Positions 1 through 9,199 of a DNA stretch of 64,000 nt are shown one piece after another. The notes under the pieces were generated by a model. That model was not told the origin of the DNA. It saw only the letters and a program-made list of their open reading frames with translations, and searched no databases. How positions within the stretch are numbered: the stretch's first letter is position 1; every line of letters begins with the position of its first letter. Position numbers and translations under genes: made by a program. The DNA comes from Candidatus Krumholzibacteriota bacterium (GTDB lineage: Bacteria; Krumholzibacteriota; Krumholzibacteriia; JAJRXK01): assembly GCA_963764625.1 (NCBI GenBank), contig CAVXTH010000006.1, positions 736,001-800,000 of the forward strand. The letters run 5' to 3'.

Positions 1-705
1 CGCACCCTCAAGGACGCGATCAACGAGGCCATTCGCGATTGGGTGGCCTCGGTGGAGTCCACCCACTACGTGCTGGGAAGCGTCCTGGGGCCGCACCCCT
101 TTCCGCTCATGGTTCGTCACTTCCAGAGTGTGATTGGGCAGGAAGCGCGCCGCCAGATTCTCGCGCGCGCGCATTCCCTTCCCACCCATCTGGTGGCCTG
201 CGTGGGAGGCGGCAGCAACGCAATTGGTTTGTTCCACGCCTTCCTCGCCGATCGCGAGGTGCGGCTGATCGGGGTGGAAGCCGGAGGCAGGGGCGAGGGC
301 ATGGGGGAGCACGCGGCTCGATTCTTCAGTGGTAAACCGGGCGTGCTTCACGGCACTCGCAGTCTGCTGCTCCAGGATGCGGATGGAAACGTGATGCCGA
401 CGCACAGTGTCTCGGCCGGACTCGACTATCCCAGCGTCGGACCGGAGCACGCCTACTATCAGAGCGTGGGCCGAATCAAGTACACCAAGGTCAGCGACCG
501 CGAGGCCCTGGCCGCCTTTCATCGCCTCAGCGAGCTGGAGGGGATCGTGCCGGCCCTGGAATCTTCTCATGCCCTGGCCTGGCTGGACCGGCTCATGCCC
601 CAGCTGAGCCCGAGCGATCTGGTCATCGTGAATCTCTCGGGACGCGGCGACAAGGACGTCGAGGCAGTGCGCGCACGTGGGGGGGACGCGCCGTCCCAGG
701 CCTAA
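1..705 (+). CDS. trpB: Tryptophan synthase beta chain (5' part lies outside the window)
   Basis: Frame is open from base 1 ([15 protein letters not shown]); TrpB motifs [39 protein letters not shown] and NLSGRGDKD. Confidence 0.96.
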   Translation, partial: RTLKDAINEAIRDWVASVESTHYVLGSVLGPHPFPLMVRHFQSVIGQEARRQILARAHSLPTHLVACVGGGSNAIGLFHAFLADREVRLIGVEAGGRGEGMGEHAARFFSGKPGVLHGTRSLLLQDADGNVMPTHSVSAGLDYPSVGPEHAYYQSVGRIKYTKVSDREALAAFHRLSELEGIVPALESSHALAWLDRLMPQLSPSDLVIVNLSGRGDKDVEAVRARGGDAPSQA

Positions 706-708
706 TCG

Positions 709-737
709 TTGCAGCCAAGGGGGCAATTTGTCATATT
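709..737 (+). promoter_or_regulatory. Putative sigma70 promoter for tRNA-Arg
   Basis: TTGCAG-N17-CATATT, with a TG one base before the -10 box, upstream of the tRNA. Confidence 0.4.
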
Positions 738-782
738 GGACTGCGCCGCGTCGGGGACCCCGGCGCGAATTTCGTGATGGCC

Positions 783-859
783 GCGCCCGTAGCTCAGTTG
801 GATAGAGCGTCGGTCTCCGGAACCGAAGGTCACAGGTTCGAATCCTGCCGGGCGCACCA
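783..859 (+). tRNA. tRNA-Arg(CCG)
   Basis: GCGCCCG/CGGGCGC acceptor stem, TAGCTCAGTTGGATAGAGC D-arm, TCGGT-CTCCGGA-ACCGA anticodon arm, TTCGAAT T-loop, encoded CCA. Confidence 0.96.
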
Positions 860-930
860 CATTCCATCGAGAGTCCCACGGACCCCAACCCAAGCATGGG
901 GCGGGCTTTCGTGCCACAGCTCGAACGCGT

Positions 931-1149
931 ATGTTCTTCACACGGATTCTCCTCCTGATTCTGGCCTTCCTGGGCGCACGCCGGGTCTTGCGCTGGTTCT
1001 CCGGGGGAAGCTCGGCGCGCGTTTCTTCGCACCCGAGAGGGTCCGTGGGGGGGCGTCCGGCATCGACTTCTGAAATCGTGAGCGAGCAGAAGATCGAGGA
1101 GGCGGACTATGAGGAGCTTCCTCAAGACCGGACGAAGCGGGGCTCGTAG
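931..1149 (+). CDS. Small hypothetical membrane protein
   Basis: N-terminal hydrophobic helix, low-complexity linker and IEEADYEEL acidic tail typical of small single-pass proteins. Confidence 0.6.
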   Translation: MFFTRILLLILAFLGARRVLRWFSGGSSARVSSHPRGSVGGRPASTSEIVSEQKIEEADYEELPQDRTKRGS

Positions 1150-1519
1150 CGAGCGTCTGCGCGAGAAGTACCGCTCGCATTTCCGCGATGGCGGAAAGAA
1201 CTCGGGCAACCGCCTGCTGCAGAAATTCCGCCGCAATCGACAGATCCTGGCCCGGGAATTCACCTCCTTCGTGCTCTGGCTCGCGCTCGCCTTCATGATG
1301 GTCCCGCTCGGCCGCGCGCTGTGGCGGGTTTCCGTCGCCCATCTTTCCGAACGTTCCGTCTTGTGGCGCTACGGACTCCCCGGACTTTCGGTCTTCGCCC
1401 TCGTCTTCTGTCTGCTGCGGGCGCGCGCGGGCTGGCGGGAAATCCGGGAGATCCGAGCCGAGCAGGCGGAAATTCTGGCAAAACTCCGGCAGGAGATCGC
1501 CCCCGAGGACGAAGTCTGA
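1109..1519 (+). CDS. Hypothetical two-TM membrane protein (start uncertain)
   Basis: Two hydrophobic segments followed by a coiled-coil-like C-terminus (REIREIRAEQAEILAKLRQE). Confidence 0.55.
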   Translation: MRSFLKTGRSGARSERLREKYRSHFRDGGKNSGNRLLQKFRRNRQILAREFTSFVLWLALAFMMVPLGRALWRVSVAHLSERSVLWRYGLPGLSVFALVFCLLRARAGWREIREIRAEQAEILAKLRQEIAPEDEV

Positions 1520-1556
1520 GGGCTAACACCTTGATCCGGAAGAACTTGGGGCGCAG

Positions 1557-1572
1557 AGGCACACTAGTTGCA
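1557..1572 (+). promoter_or_regulatory. Sigma54 (-24/-12) promoter
   Basis: AGGCACACTAGTTGCA has exact GG-N10-GC spacing and is close to the TGGCACG-N4-TTGCW consensus; it lies about 40 nt upstream of the diguanylate cyclase ATG at 1613. Confidence 0.75.
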
Positions 1573-1612
1573 TGGCCCGGGGGCAGCTACCCCAGAGGGA
1601 ATCGGGAAATCC

Positions 1613-2665
1613 ATGGAGAGTTACGACAGTACCCGCTGGGAGCGCCTCTTCGAGGCGATATACGAGCTTTCCGGCTTGATCAGTGCCGGGCCCCACCGGG
1701 AAGAGCAGATTCTGGAAAGGATTCTGCGCAGCGCGATGTCGTTGCTGGATGCCCGTTTCGTACACCTTCTCCTGGTGGAAAATGAACGGATCCGCCGCCT
1801 GGTCCTCTCCCGCGACGAGGGGGGGCGAGAGGTGCTCAGCGCCCAATTGCTCTCGCGCAGCACGAACCTGGTCAAGTGGATCCAGCAGGAACAGGCGGAA
1901 GCTCTGCTTCAGCCGCCGGAACTCCTGTTCGAGGGGATCGGAAGCGTCCAGGAATCCATCGCGAACGGACCACCGATGTCGTCCCCGCTGTTCACCGGGG
2001 GCAAGACCCGCGGGATCCTCATGGTCTTCCCGCAGGAGTCTTCGTTCTCTCCCGAAGATGCCAAGCTGCTGGGATTTCTGGCCAACCAGGCCTCCGTCGT
2101 GCTAGAGCTCTCGCGCCTCTATCAGCGTCTTCAGAACGAGGCCAGCACCGACGGATTGACCGGCCTGTACAACTACCGCTATTTCATGGATGCCCTGCAT
2201 CGCGAAGTCAAACGGGCGAGTCGCTTCGAGGAGCCCTTCGCCGTGGTGATGGTTGATGTCGACAACCTCAAGCAATACAATGATGCCAACGGTCATCTGG
2301 CTGGGAGCTCCGCTCTGCGCGAGATGGGATCCCTCTTGAAAACGGACGCACGGGAAATCGACATCATCGCGAAGTATGGCGGCGACGAGTTCAGCTTGAT
2401 CCTTCCCAACACCCATGCGGAGGGATCGATCGTGTTCACCGAACGCATGCTTTGCCGGGTTTCTTCGCACTGTTTCCAGGATGATCCCAAGCGCCGCTTG
2501 ACGATCAGCGCGGGCGTCGCGATGTATCCCGAAGACGGGCAGAACGCGCGAGAGCTTCTGAGCCGGGCGGATGACCGGCTCTATCTGGCCAAGTCGGAGG
2601 GTCGCGACCGCATCGGTTACCCTCTTCCACCCTCAGCGATCAGCGCTTCCACGCCCGAGGATTGA
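1613..2665 (+). CDS. GAF-GGDEF diguanylate cyclase
   Basis: TDGLTGLYN, DVDNLKQYNDANGHLAG, intact GGDEF with RxxD I-site (REID-x5-GGDEF); N-terminal GAF (FSPEDAKLLGFLANQAS). Confidence 0.93.
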   Translation: MESYDSTRWERLFEAIYELSGLISAGPHREEQILERILRSAMSLLDARFVHLLLVENERIRRLVLSRDEGGREVLSAQLLSRSTNLVKWIQQEQAEALLQPPELLFEGIGSVQESIANGPPMSSPLFTGGKTRGILMVFPQESSFSPEDAKLLGFLANQASVVLELSRLYQRLQNEASTDGLTGLYNYRYFMDALHREVKRASRFEEPFAVVMVDVDNLKQYNDANGHLAGSSALREMGSLLKTDAREIDIIAKYGGDEFSLILPNTHAEGSIVFTERMLCRVSSHCFQDDPKRRLTISAGVAMYPEDGQNARELLSRADDRLYLAKSEGRDRIGYPLPPSAISASTPED

Positions 2666-2667
2666 TC

Positions 2668-3963
2668 ATGTCATTATCGGAAAAACTGAAGGACGGTACA
2701 GCGAGGCTTGCCGTCATCGGGCTGGGTTACGTGGGTCTTCCGCTGGCGGTGGAGTACGCGCGCAGCGGGTTCAGAGTGACCGGCATCGATCTCGACCCCG
2801 AGAAAGTGGAAAAGCTCACGCGTGGTGAGAGCTACGTCGGAGACGTCGACGCGGCGACTCTCGCGGCGCTGGTGGAGAAGGGGCAGTTCACCGCGACCAC
2901 CGATTTTGGCGCTCTGCAGTCGTGCGACAGCGTCAACATCTGCGTGCCGACCCCGCTCTCCAAGACCCGAGATCCCGACATCAGCTACATCGACGCGGCG
3001 GTGGACCAGATCGTCGCGCACCTCCATCCGGGAATGCTGATCATCCTGGAGAGCACCACCTACCCGGGCACCACCGAGGAAGTGATTCTGCCTCGTCTGG
3101 AGGGCACGGGGTTGAAAGTGGGAGAGGACTTCTTTCTGGCCTTCTCGCCCGAGCGGGTCGATCCCGGTAATCCGCGGTTCAGTACGAAGAACATCCCGAA
3201 GATCGTGGGTGGAATCACGCCGCGATGCACCGAGACCGCGGTGGCTCTGTACCGCGCGGCTCTGAGCGAAGTGGTGCCGGTATCCAGCGCGCGCGTGGCG
3301 GAGACGGTGAAGCTTCTGGAGAACACTTTCCGTAGCGTGAATATCGGTCTGGTGAACGAGATGGCGCAGATGTGCGGCAAGATGGACATCAACGTATGGG
3401 AAGTAATCGATGCCGCGGCGACGAAACCTTTCGGGTTCATGCCGTTCTATCCCGGGCCCGGTCTCGGGGGCCACTGCATTCCCATCGATCCCTTCTACCT
3501 CAGCTGGAAGGCGCGCGCGCATGGCTTCGAAGCTCGTTTCATCGAGCTCGCCGGGGCCATCAATGCGAGTATGCCCACCTTCGTCCTGCACTTGGTAGCC
3601 AAGGCCCTCAACGATGCGGGACGAGCGGTTCGCGGCAGCAAGATCCTGGTCGTCGGGGTCGCGTACAAGGCGGGAATCGAGGACACGCGGGAATCACCGG
3701 CGCTGGACGTGCTGCAGCAAATCAACGACATGGGAGCCGAGACCTGGTGGCACGACCCCCACGTTCGAAAACTGCCGTCACTCCTTGCGGCGAAGCGATT
3801 GGATGAGTTGGACCCTCGCCAACTGAGCGAGTTCGATTGTGCAGTCATCACCACCGCGCACTCCGAGGTCGACCACACGCTCTTCGTGAGGCACTGCAAG
3901 AGCGTGGTCGACACGCGCAACGCCCTGCGCGGCGAGAATTTCGAAAACCTCTATCGACTCTAG
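2668..3963 (+). CDS. UDP-N-acetyl-hexosamine dehydrogenase (WbpA/WecC-type nucleotide sugar dehydrogenase)
   Basis: GLGYVGLP, ICVPTP, ESTTYPGTT, FSPERVDPGN, KLLEN, PGPGLGGHCIPIDP. Confidence 0.93.
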   Translation: MSLSEKLKDGTARLAVIGLGYVGLPLAVEYARSGFRVTGIDLDPEKVEKLTRGESYVGDVDAATLAALVEKGQFTATTDFGALQSCDSVNICVPTPLSKTRDPDISYIDAAVDQIVAHLHPGMLIILESTTYPGTTEEVILPRLEGTGLKVGEDFFLAFSPERVDPGNPRFSTKNIPKIVGGITPRCTETAVALYRAALSEVVPVSSARVAETVKLLENTFRSVNIGLVNEMAQMCGKMDINVWEVIDAAATKPFGFMPFYPGPGLGGHCIPIDPFYLSWKARAHGFEARFIELAGAINASMPTFVLHLVAKALNDAGRAVRGSKILVVGVAYKAGIEDTRESPALDVLQQINDMGAETWWHDPHVRKLPSLLAAKRLDELDPRQLSEFDCAVITTAHSEVDHTLFVRHCKSVVDTRNALRGENFENLYRL

Positions 3964-3980
3964 AACGGCGGGAGTATTTC

Positions 3981-4928
3981 ATGGCGAGAGTTCTGATTAC
4001 AGGTGGCGCGGGCTTCATCGGTTCGCACATCGCGGCCGCGCTGGTGGCGGCCGGAGACGAGGTGCGAATCTTGGACGATTTCTCGACCGGCTTCCAACGA
4101 AATGTCGACGCGGCCGGCGGGGTCCGGGTCTTCCGGGCCAGCGTGGTCAATCTCGATCGCGTGAGGGAGGCGGTCAAGGGCTGCGACTACGTCTTCCACG
4201 AAGCCGCCCTGGCTTCGGTTCCGCGCAGCGTGAAAGATCCGCTGGCGAGCAATACGGTCAACGTGGAGGGAACCCTGAACGTTCTGGTCGCCAGCCGGGA
4301 CGCCGGAGTGAAGCGGGTGATCTACGCCGCGTCCTCCTCGGCTTACGGCGACAGCGAAGTCTTGCCCAAGGTGGAGACGATGCGTGAGAGACCCAAGTCA
4401 CCCTACGCGGTGGCGAAGTTGGCGGGGGAGCAGTACGTCTCGGTCTTCGCCAGTGTCTACGGAATGGAGACCCTGGCCATTCGCTACTTCAACGTGTTTG
4501 GCCCGCGCCAGGATCCCGACAGCCCCTACGCCGCCGTCATTCCCCTCTTCCTCGACGCGCTCCTCAAGGGACAGCCGCCGACGATTCATGGAGACGGGGA
4601 GCAGTCGCGCGACTTTACCTACGTCGAGAACGTGGTCCACGCGAACCTCCTGGCCCTGAAAGCCCCCAAGCTCTCCGGCGCGGTGGTCAACGTGGCCCTG
4701 GGGGACCGCATCACCCTCAACGAGCTCTACCGGCGCCTGGCCGAGCTGGTCGACAGCGAGATCGAGCCCATTCACGGCCCGGTCCGGGCCGGAGACGTCC
4801 GGCACAGCCAGGCGGATATCTCGCGGGCCGAGAAGCTGCTGGGATACCGGGCCCAGGTCCCCTTCGCCGAGGGGCTACGGCGTACCGTGGAGTGGTATCG
4901 TTCCTCGCAGGGGAAAATGGACCGCTAG
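3981..4928 (+). CDS. NAD-dependent epimerase/dehydratase (WbpP-like UDP-GlcNAc(A) 4-epimerase)
   Basis: ITGGAGFIGSH, ALASVPRS, YAASSSAYG, YAVAK, RYFNVFGPRQDPDSPYAAVIP, GDGEQSRDFTYV. Confidence 0.92.
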   Translation: MARVLITGGAGFIGSHIAAALVAAGDEVRILDDFSTGFQRNVDAAGGVRVFRASVVNLDRVREAVKGCDYVFHEAALASVPRSVKDPLASNTVNVEGTLNVLVASRDAGVKRVIYAASSSAYGDSEVLPKVETMRERPKSPYAVAKLAGEQYVSVFASVYGMETLAIRYFNVFGPRQDPDSPYAAVIPLFLDALLKGQPPTIHGDGEQSRDFTYVENVVHANLLALKAPKLSGAVVNVALGDRITLNELYRRLAELVDSEIEPIHGPVRAGDVRHSQADISRAEKLLGYRAQVPFAEGLRRTVEWYRSSQGKMDR

Positions 4929-4953
4929 CAAGGGCTTGGAGATTCTGAGTAAG

Positions 4954-4983
4954 TTGACAAGCCCCCTCCGGTGCTTCTAAACT
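4954..4983 (+). promoter_or_regulatory. Sigma70 promoter of the PEP-CTERM gene
   Basis: TTGACA-N18-TAAACT in an AT-richer intergenic region. Confidence 0.6.
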
Positions 4984-5068
4984 ATAGGGGAGTTATCAGG
5001 CGCCCACGAATCTCGTGGCGACGCTTGGATTTCGTGTTTTCACCCGCCCTGCGATCGAGGTCCCCATC

Positions 5069-5623
5069 ATGACGCGCTCATTCTCCCTTTACGCAGCGCT
5101 CGCGGCCCTGCTCCTCCTGGTTGTACCTGCCGCGCAGGCCAACCTCGTGGTGGACCCCTCGGCCGCCGCCCTGGGATCGTCCACCATCTGGATCGCCGTG
5201 CCCGAGACGGCGGACCCCGCGGAAACCCCCGAGCTCACGCTCAAGCTGCAGACGCCCGAAGGAACCAGCAGTTCCGACCTTTACCTCGTCGAACCCAATC
5301 GCCGCCTCCCCCTCGTCTTCCCCAGCGAAGACCCGGATGCCGATTCCGGAGTGATCTCCAGTGAGACGCCCTTCACCACGACCCTGGGAGTCACCCGCAT
5401 CGGAGATGACGGTCTTCAGCTCGGCGAACCGACCGGTTGGGTCGCCCTGGACCGCAATCGCGGCGGGGATCCCATCGTGTCGGTGCCCATGGATGGGCGC
5501 CAGCCCCGGACCGCGGCAACCCCTGCTCCCGAGCCGGCCACCGTCATGCTTCTTGCATGTGGCCTGGTCATCGTGGGAGCGATGTTTCATGCCCGCCGCC
5601 GCGGGGCAGAGGTCCAGATCTAG
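5069..5623 (+). CDS. PEP-CTERM sorting-domain protein
   Basis: Signal peptide (LAALLLLVVPAAQA) and C-terminal APEP + TM helix + RRR (TPAPEPATVMLLACGLVIVGAMFHARRRG); an exosortase gene lies about 6 kb downstream. Confidence 0.88.
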   Translation: MTRSFSLYAALAALLLLVVPAAQANLVVDPSAAALGSSTIWIAVPETADPAETPELTLKLQTPEGTSSSDLYLVEPNRRLPLVFPSEDPDADSGVISSETPFTTTLGVTRIGDDGLQLGEPTGWVALDRNRGGDPIVSVPMDGRQPRTAATPAPEPATVMLLACGLVIVGAMFHARRRGAEVQI

Positions 5624-5675
5624 GGGAGCCTCACTAGGGCATTGTCATCGCCTCCATAAGCGTATATGGATTGCA

Positions 5676-5704
5676 GCGGGATCTTCTTCGAGAGAGGATC
5701 CCGC
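5676..5704 (+). terminator. Stem-loop after the PEP-CTERM gene
   Basis: GCGGGATCTTCT-TCGAG-AGAGGATCCCGC, a 12-bp stem with a weak U-tail. Confidence 0.5.
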
Positions 5705-5770
5705 ATTCGTGGGTATCTCTTTCTGAGCTGCCCAATTCTGTCATTCCATCCAGCGCAGGTACCCTGGACC

Positions 5771-6748
5771 ATGAGATTGCCCAAGTCCTGTCGATCCCTG
5801 AGCCTCTTTCTCCTGCTCGCTCTTTCCCTGGCCTTCTGTGCCCATAGCGCCAGGGCCCAGTCTAACCGCACGGTCGCCGGCCGCCCCTACCGGCTCGGAG
5901 TGGGGGACGTACTCCAGCTCTCGGTGTGGCAACAACCCACTCTCGATCGGGAACTTCGCATCCGCGACGATGGTACGGTTGTCGTACCCCTGGTCGGGGA
6001 GGTCAAGGCAGCCGGAGAGACGGTTCCAGAGTTGGAGGAACTGCTGACCAAGCGCCTGCGCTCGTTCAATCGCGACATCACCGAAGTTTCCGTCACGGTC
6101 AGCAAGTACCAGAGCCTTCAGATCTTCGTCATGGGAGCGGTCGCCAATCCGGGCGTGCATTCCTTCAAGGAAACTCCCAACGCGTGGGATGCCATTCGCA
6201 CCGCGGGGGGGCCGACGGCTACGGCGAACCTGCGTCGCGTGCGCGTGCTCCACAACGACGAGAAATCGACGGTGACGACGCTGGTCAACGTCGCTGAGGT
6301 GATCCAAGGCGAGGGCACGGGTGACCTTCCCGATCTGTCACCGGGAGACACGGTGATCGTGCCCGGCGACGCGATGCTCAATGCCTCCGACCGTGAGACG
6401 GGGGTGCAAGTTCTGGGGCAAGTGGTCAGCGCAGGTTTCTACAGCGTCGATGGCCCTACCCCAGTGCTGACGGTAATTCTGCTGGCTGGGGGCTTCAACG
6501 GAGACGGCGACCCCAGACAGGTGCGAGTGGTGCACGATTCAGGTCATGGCTCCCTCGAGGGACGCGCCGTGGATACCACCCTTTTTCTGCAGAACGGGCA
6601 GATCAGTGGGAACCCCCTAGTGTATGCGGGCGACACGGTTTACGTAGAGAAGAAGCCATTCTCCGGTGGTGTTCTTCGAGTGCTTCCCGGGATCATAGCC
6701 TCGGTTACCGGCGTGGTCGCCCTTCTCATCAGCGTCTCCAAGCATTGA
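5771..6748 (+). CDS. Polysaccharide export protein (Wza/OPX family, SLBB domains)
   Basis: Signal peptide; YRLGVGDVLQLSVW...IRDDGTVVVPLVGEVKAAG Poly_export motif; two SLBB repeats; C-terminal amphipathic helix. Confidence 0.9.
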   Translation: MRLPKSCRSLSLFLLLALSLAFCAHSARAQSNRTVAGRPYRLGVGDVLQLSVWQQPTLDRELRIRDDGTVVVPLVGEVKAAGETVPELEELLTKRLRSFNRDITEVSVTVSKYQSLQIFVMGAVANPGVHSFKETPNAWDAIRTAGGPTATANLRRVRVLHNDEKSTVTTLVNVAEVIQGEGTGDLPDLSPGDTVIVPGDAMLNASDRETGVQVLGQVVSAGFYSVDGPTPVLTVILLAGGFNGDGDPRQVRVVHDSGHGSLEGRAVDTTLFLQNGQISGNPLVYAGDTVYVEKKPFSGGVLRVLPGIIASVTGVVALLISVSKH

Positions 6749-6767
6749 GTTCGCCAGCACGTGGAGC

Positions 6768-8498
6768 ATGAGCATGGGTTCTAGCCCCAGGACATCGCAT
6801 CATCGGCAGGGGACATCCAACTCGCCGAAGGCTGGGAGCGAGGGCTTCGATCCCCATCGTCTGTGGCAGATCGTCCGTCGTCGTCGCTTTTACCTGATCC
6901 TGCCGGTCCTGGTGATCGGAAGCGTCCTGGGGGCGGGCGTCACCACCATCTCGCCTCTGTACCAGTCGAGCGTGCGAATCCTCCTGGAAGACCGGAGCAC
7001 CGGCACCGACGTCGACAAGCTCATGACGAGGGAAGCCAGGCGTGTCCGGGATCTCGAGAACCTGGTGATGGTGCGCGAGACCCTCATGTCCCAGCAGCTT
7101 CTCACCCGGGTGATTCGGAATCTCCAACTGCGCAACGACAAGGAGATCCAGGAGCAAGCACGCATTCTTCAGGAGACCAAACTTCCCGACCAGACCTTGA
7201 GCTTGATTGCGGAGAGGCTCCTCGTCAATCGCCTGCGCCACAAGCTCTTCGTCAGCAATCAGGAGGGGAATCTCTTCTTGATCAGCATGGAGGACAACGA
7301 CCCCTACACCGCGTACAAGCTTACCGAAGCGGTGACGGAGGCCTTCGTCGAAGAGATGAATCGCCGCCGGGTCGAAGGTCTGATCGAGACGACAAGCTTC
7401 ACCGATCAACAGTTGGAGAGCGCCCGGCAGACTCTCAAGGACGCCGAAACCGAACTCGAGAAGTTCAAGCGCACGCGGGTCATCCAGGATACCCTGAGCA
7501 ACAACCCGGTCACCGAAAAGAACAGTCGCAAGGCCGAGGGGATCCTCCAGGACGTGAAACTCGATCTCACCGAGAACGAGCGCGAGATCACTCGCATCGA
7601 CAACGAGCTCTACTCCCTCGTCGCTTCGCCTCCTCGCGATCCTCGCTACAAGGACGACCCGCAGGTCCAGGGAATAAGGGACCGCCTCGAGGCTCTAGAG
7701 AAACAGGACTACGTCGCGCAACTCGGCAGTTCGCCGGTCCCGGCTTCGGGGATCACGCCGGAACAGCAGCGCATCGGAGTGCAGCGGAATCGTCTGAACA
7801 CGCGATTGCTGGAGATCATGAGCGACAGCTATCCGGAGCTACCCAAGCATGCCCTGGAGATTTTAGCCCGCAAGGCTGAACTCACGATCGTCGACGAAGT
7901 GTTGCGGCGGCACCACGACCGGATCCAGACCGAGTACGACGGGTTCCAGCAGCGCATCAAGGGAAAGCCCGCGCTCGAAGCCGAGCTGCGTCGTCTCGAA
8001 CAAAAGGTCTCCAACGAGGAGTCCATCTACAACCACCTGATCGACGCCGAGAACTCGAATGAACTGAGGCTCGCGGCCAACGAGAGCGGGTTCGGGATCT
8101 CGGTTCGCGTGCTGGAGCCGGCGTTCAAGGCGATCGCGCCTTTCAAGCCGGACAAGAAGAAGATCGCCCTCATGGGCGTAGTCCTGGCGCTCGGCATCGG
8201 CATGGGCGCGATCTTCCTGGCCGAATACGTCGATTCCAGTTTCAAGGACGTGGACGAGGTCGAACACATCCTGGGTCTGCGCGTGGTGGGAACTCTTCCG
8301 CGCTTCGCGGATACCTATGAGTGGAGTCTCAAGAGGAAGCGGACGGTGTTCGTCTGGAGAACCGCGTTCATCGTCACTCTGGTGACCGCGATGCTTCTCT
8401 TCGTACTCTACTATCGGCAGGCCATGATTCACGACCGCATCCAGCCGCTCAGTCCCTTGACCGAGAGCGCCGCCCCCGCGCGAGAGGACTCGCCGTGA
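6768..8498 (+). CDS. Polysaccharide co-polymerase / chain-length determinant (GumC/Wzc periplasmic part)
   Basis: N-terminal TM + PLYQSSVRILLE, long coiled coils, VRVLEPA...P..P + TM, EYVDSSFKDVDEVE..LGLRVVGTLP, extra C-terminal TM. Confidence 0.88.
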   Translation: MSMGSSPRTSHHRQGTSNSPKAGSEGFDPHRLWQIVRRRRFYLILPVLVIGSVLGAGVTTISPLYQSSVRILLEDRSTGTDVDKLMTREARRVRDLENLVMVRETLMSQQLLTRVIRNLQLRNDKEIQEQARILQETKLPDQTLSLIAERLLVNRLRHKLFVSNQEGNLFLISMEDNDPYTAYKLTEAVTEAFVEEMNRRRVEGLIETTSFTDQQLESARQTLKDAETELEKFKRTRVIQDTLSNNPVTEKNSRKAEGILQDVKLDLTENEREITRIDNELYSLVASPPRDPRYKDDPQVQGIRDRLEALEKQDYVAQLGSSPVPASGITPEQQRIGVQRNRLNTRLLEIMSDSYPELPKHALEILARKAELTIVDEVLRRHHDRIQTEYDGFQQRIKGKPALEAELRRLEQKVSNEESIYNHLIDAENSNELRLAANESGFGISVRVLEPAFKAIAPFKPDKKKIALMGVVLALGIGMGAIFLAEYVDSSFKDVDEVEHILGLRVVGTLPRFADTYEWSLKRKRTVFVWRTAFIVTLVTAMLLFVLYYRQAMIHDRIQPLSPLTESAAPAREDSP

Positions 8499-9199
8499 AA
8501 GAGACCGAGATCCATCCCCAGTCGGCGCTGCTTTCGACTGACCCCAAGGACTTCGAAACCCCCCTGGCGGTGGAGATGCGGCGCCTGTACACCAAGCTGC
8601 GTCCGCCTCTGAAGGAACTCTCCGCACAAGTCCTCATGTTAACTTCAGCGGAGCGGGGAGAGGGCAAGAGCACGACCTCGGCCAATCTGGCCGTGACGGT
8701 GGCCCGACACCGGCGCACGAAGACGGTTCTCGTCGACGCCGACCTGCGGCGGCCCACCATTCACAAGCTCTTCGAGATGCCACGGGAGCCGGGGCTGAGC
8801 GACATCCTGGAGGGGAAGTGCACCATCGAGCAGGCCTTACGCCCGACCCCTCATTCGTTTCTTCAGGTGATTCCCAGTGGCTCCCGCGAGGAGCACCCGG
8901 GCGGACTTTTCGAAAGACAGCGCCTGAGCGATACCATCGAGCACTTGCGCAAACGATTTGAAATCGTCATCTTCGATGCGCCCCCCGTACTACCCGTCGC
9001 GGATACCACGATCCTGGCGGGAGAGATGGATGGAGTCTTGATGGTGATCATGGGCGGACTCACTCCACGCGAAGTGGTTCGACGGGCGCGAGAGATCCTC
9101 GAGGATTCGAATGCGCGCCTACTCGGGGTCGTACTCAACAACGCGTCGCGCGTTTTGCCCTACTACTACGAATACAGCTACTACGGCGAAGAAGAGTAG
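8495..9199 (+). CDS. CpsD/CapB family BY-kinase
   Basis: GTG overlaps the upstream stop; Walker A TSAERGEGKST, VDADLRRP, IFDAPP, C-terminal Tyr cluster YYYEYSYY. Confidence 0.92.
   Translation: MKETEIHPQSALLSTDPKDFETPLAVEMRRLYTKLRPPLKELSAQVLMLTSAERGEGKSTTSANLAVTVARHRRTKTVLVDADLRRPTIHKLFEMPREPGLSDILEGKCTIEQALRPTPHSFLQVIPSGSREEHPGGLFERQRLSDTIEHLRKRFEIVIFDAPPVLPVADTTILAGEMDGVLMVIMGGLTPREVVRRAREILEDSNARLLGVVLNNASRVLPYYYEYSYYGEEE

Noticed and set aside
1-782. trpB not followed by trpA
   Set aside because: trpA may lie upstream, outside the window; this cannot be judged here.
774-1073. ORFs overlapping tRNA genes (774-1073, 24225-24521, 25369-25770, 29008-29403, 34033-34242)
   Set aside because: Spurious translations of tRNA sequence.
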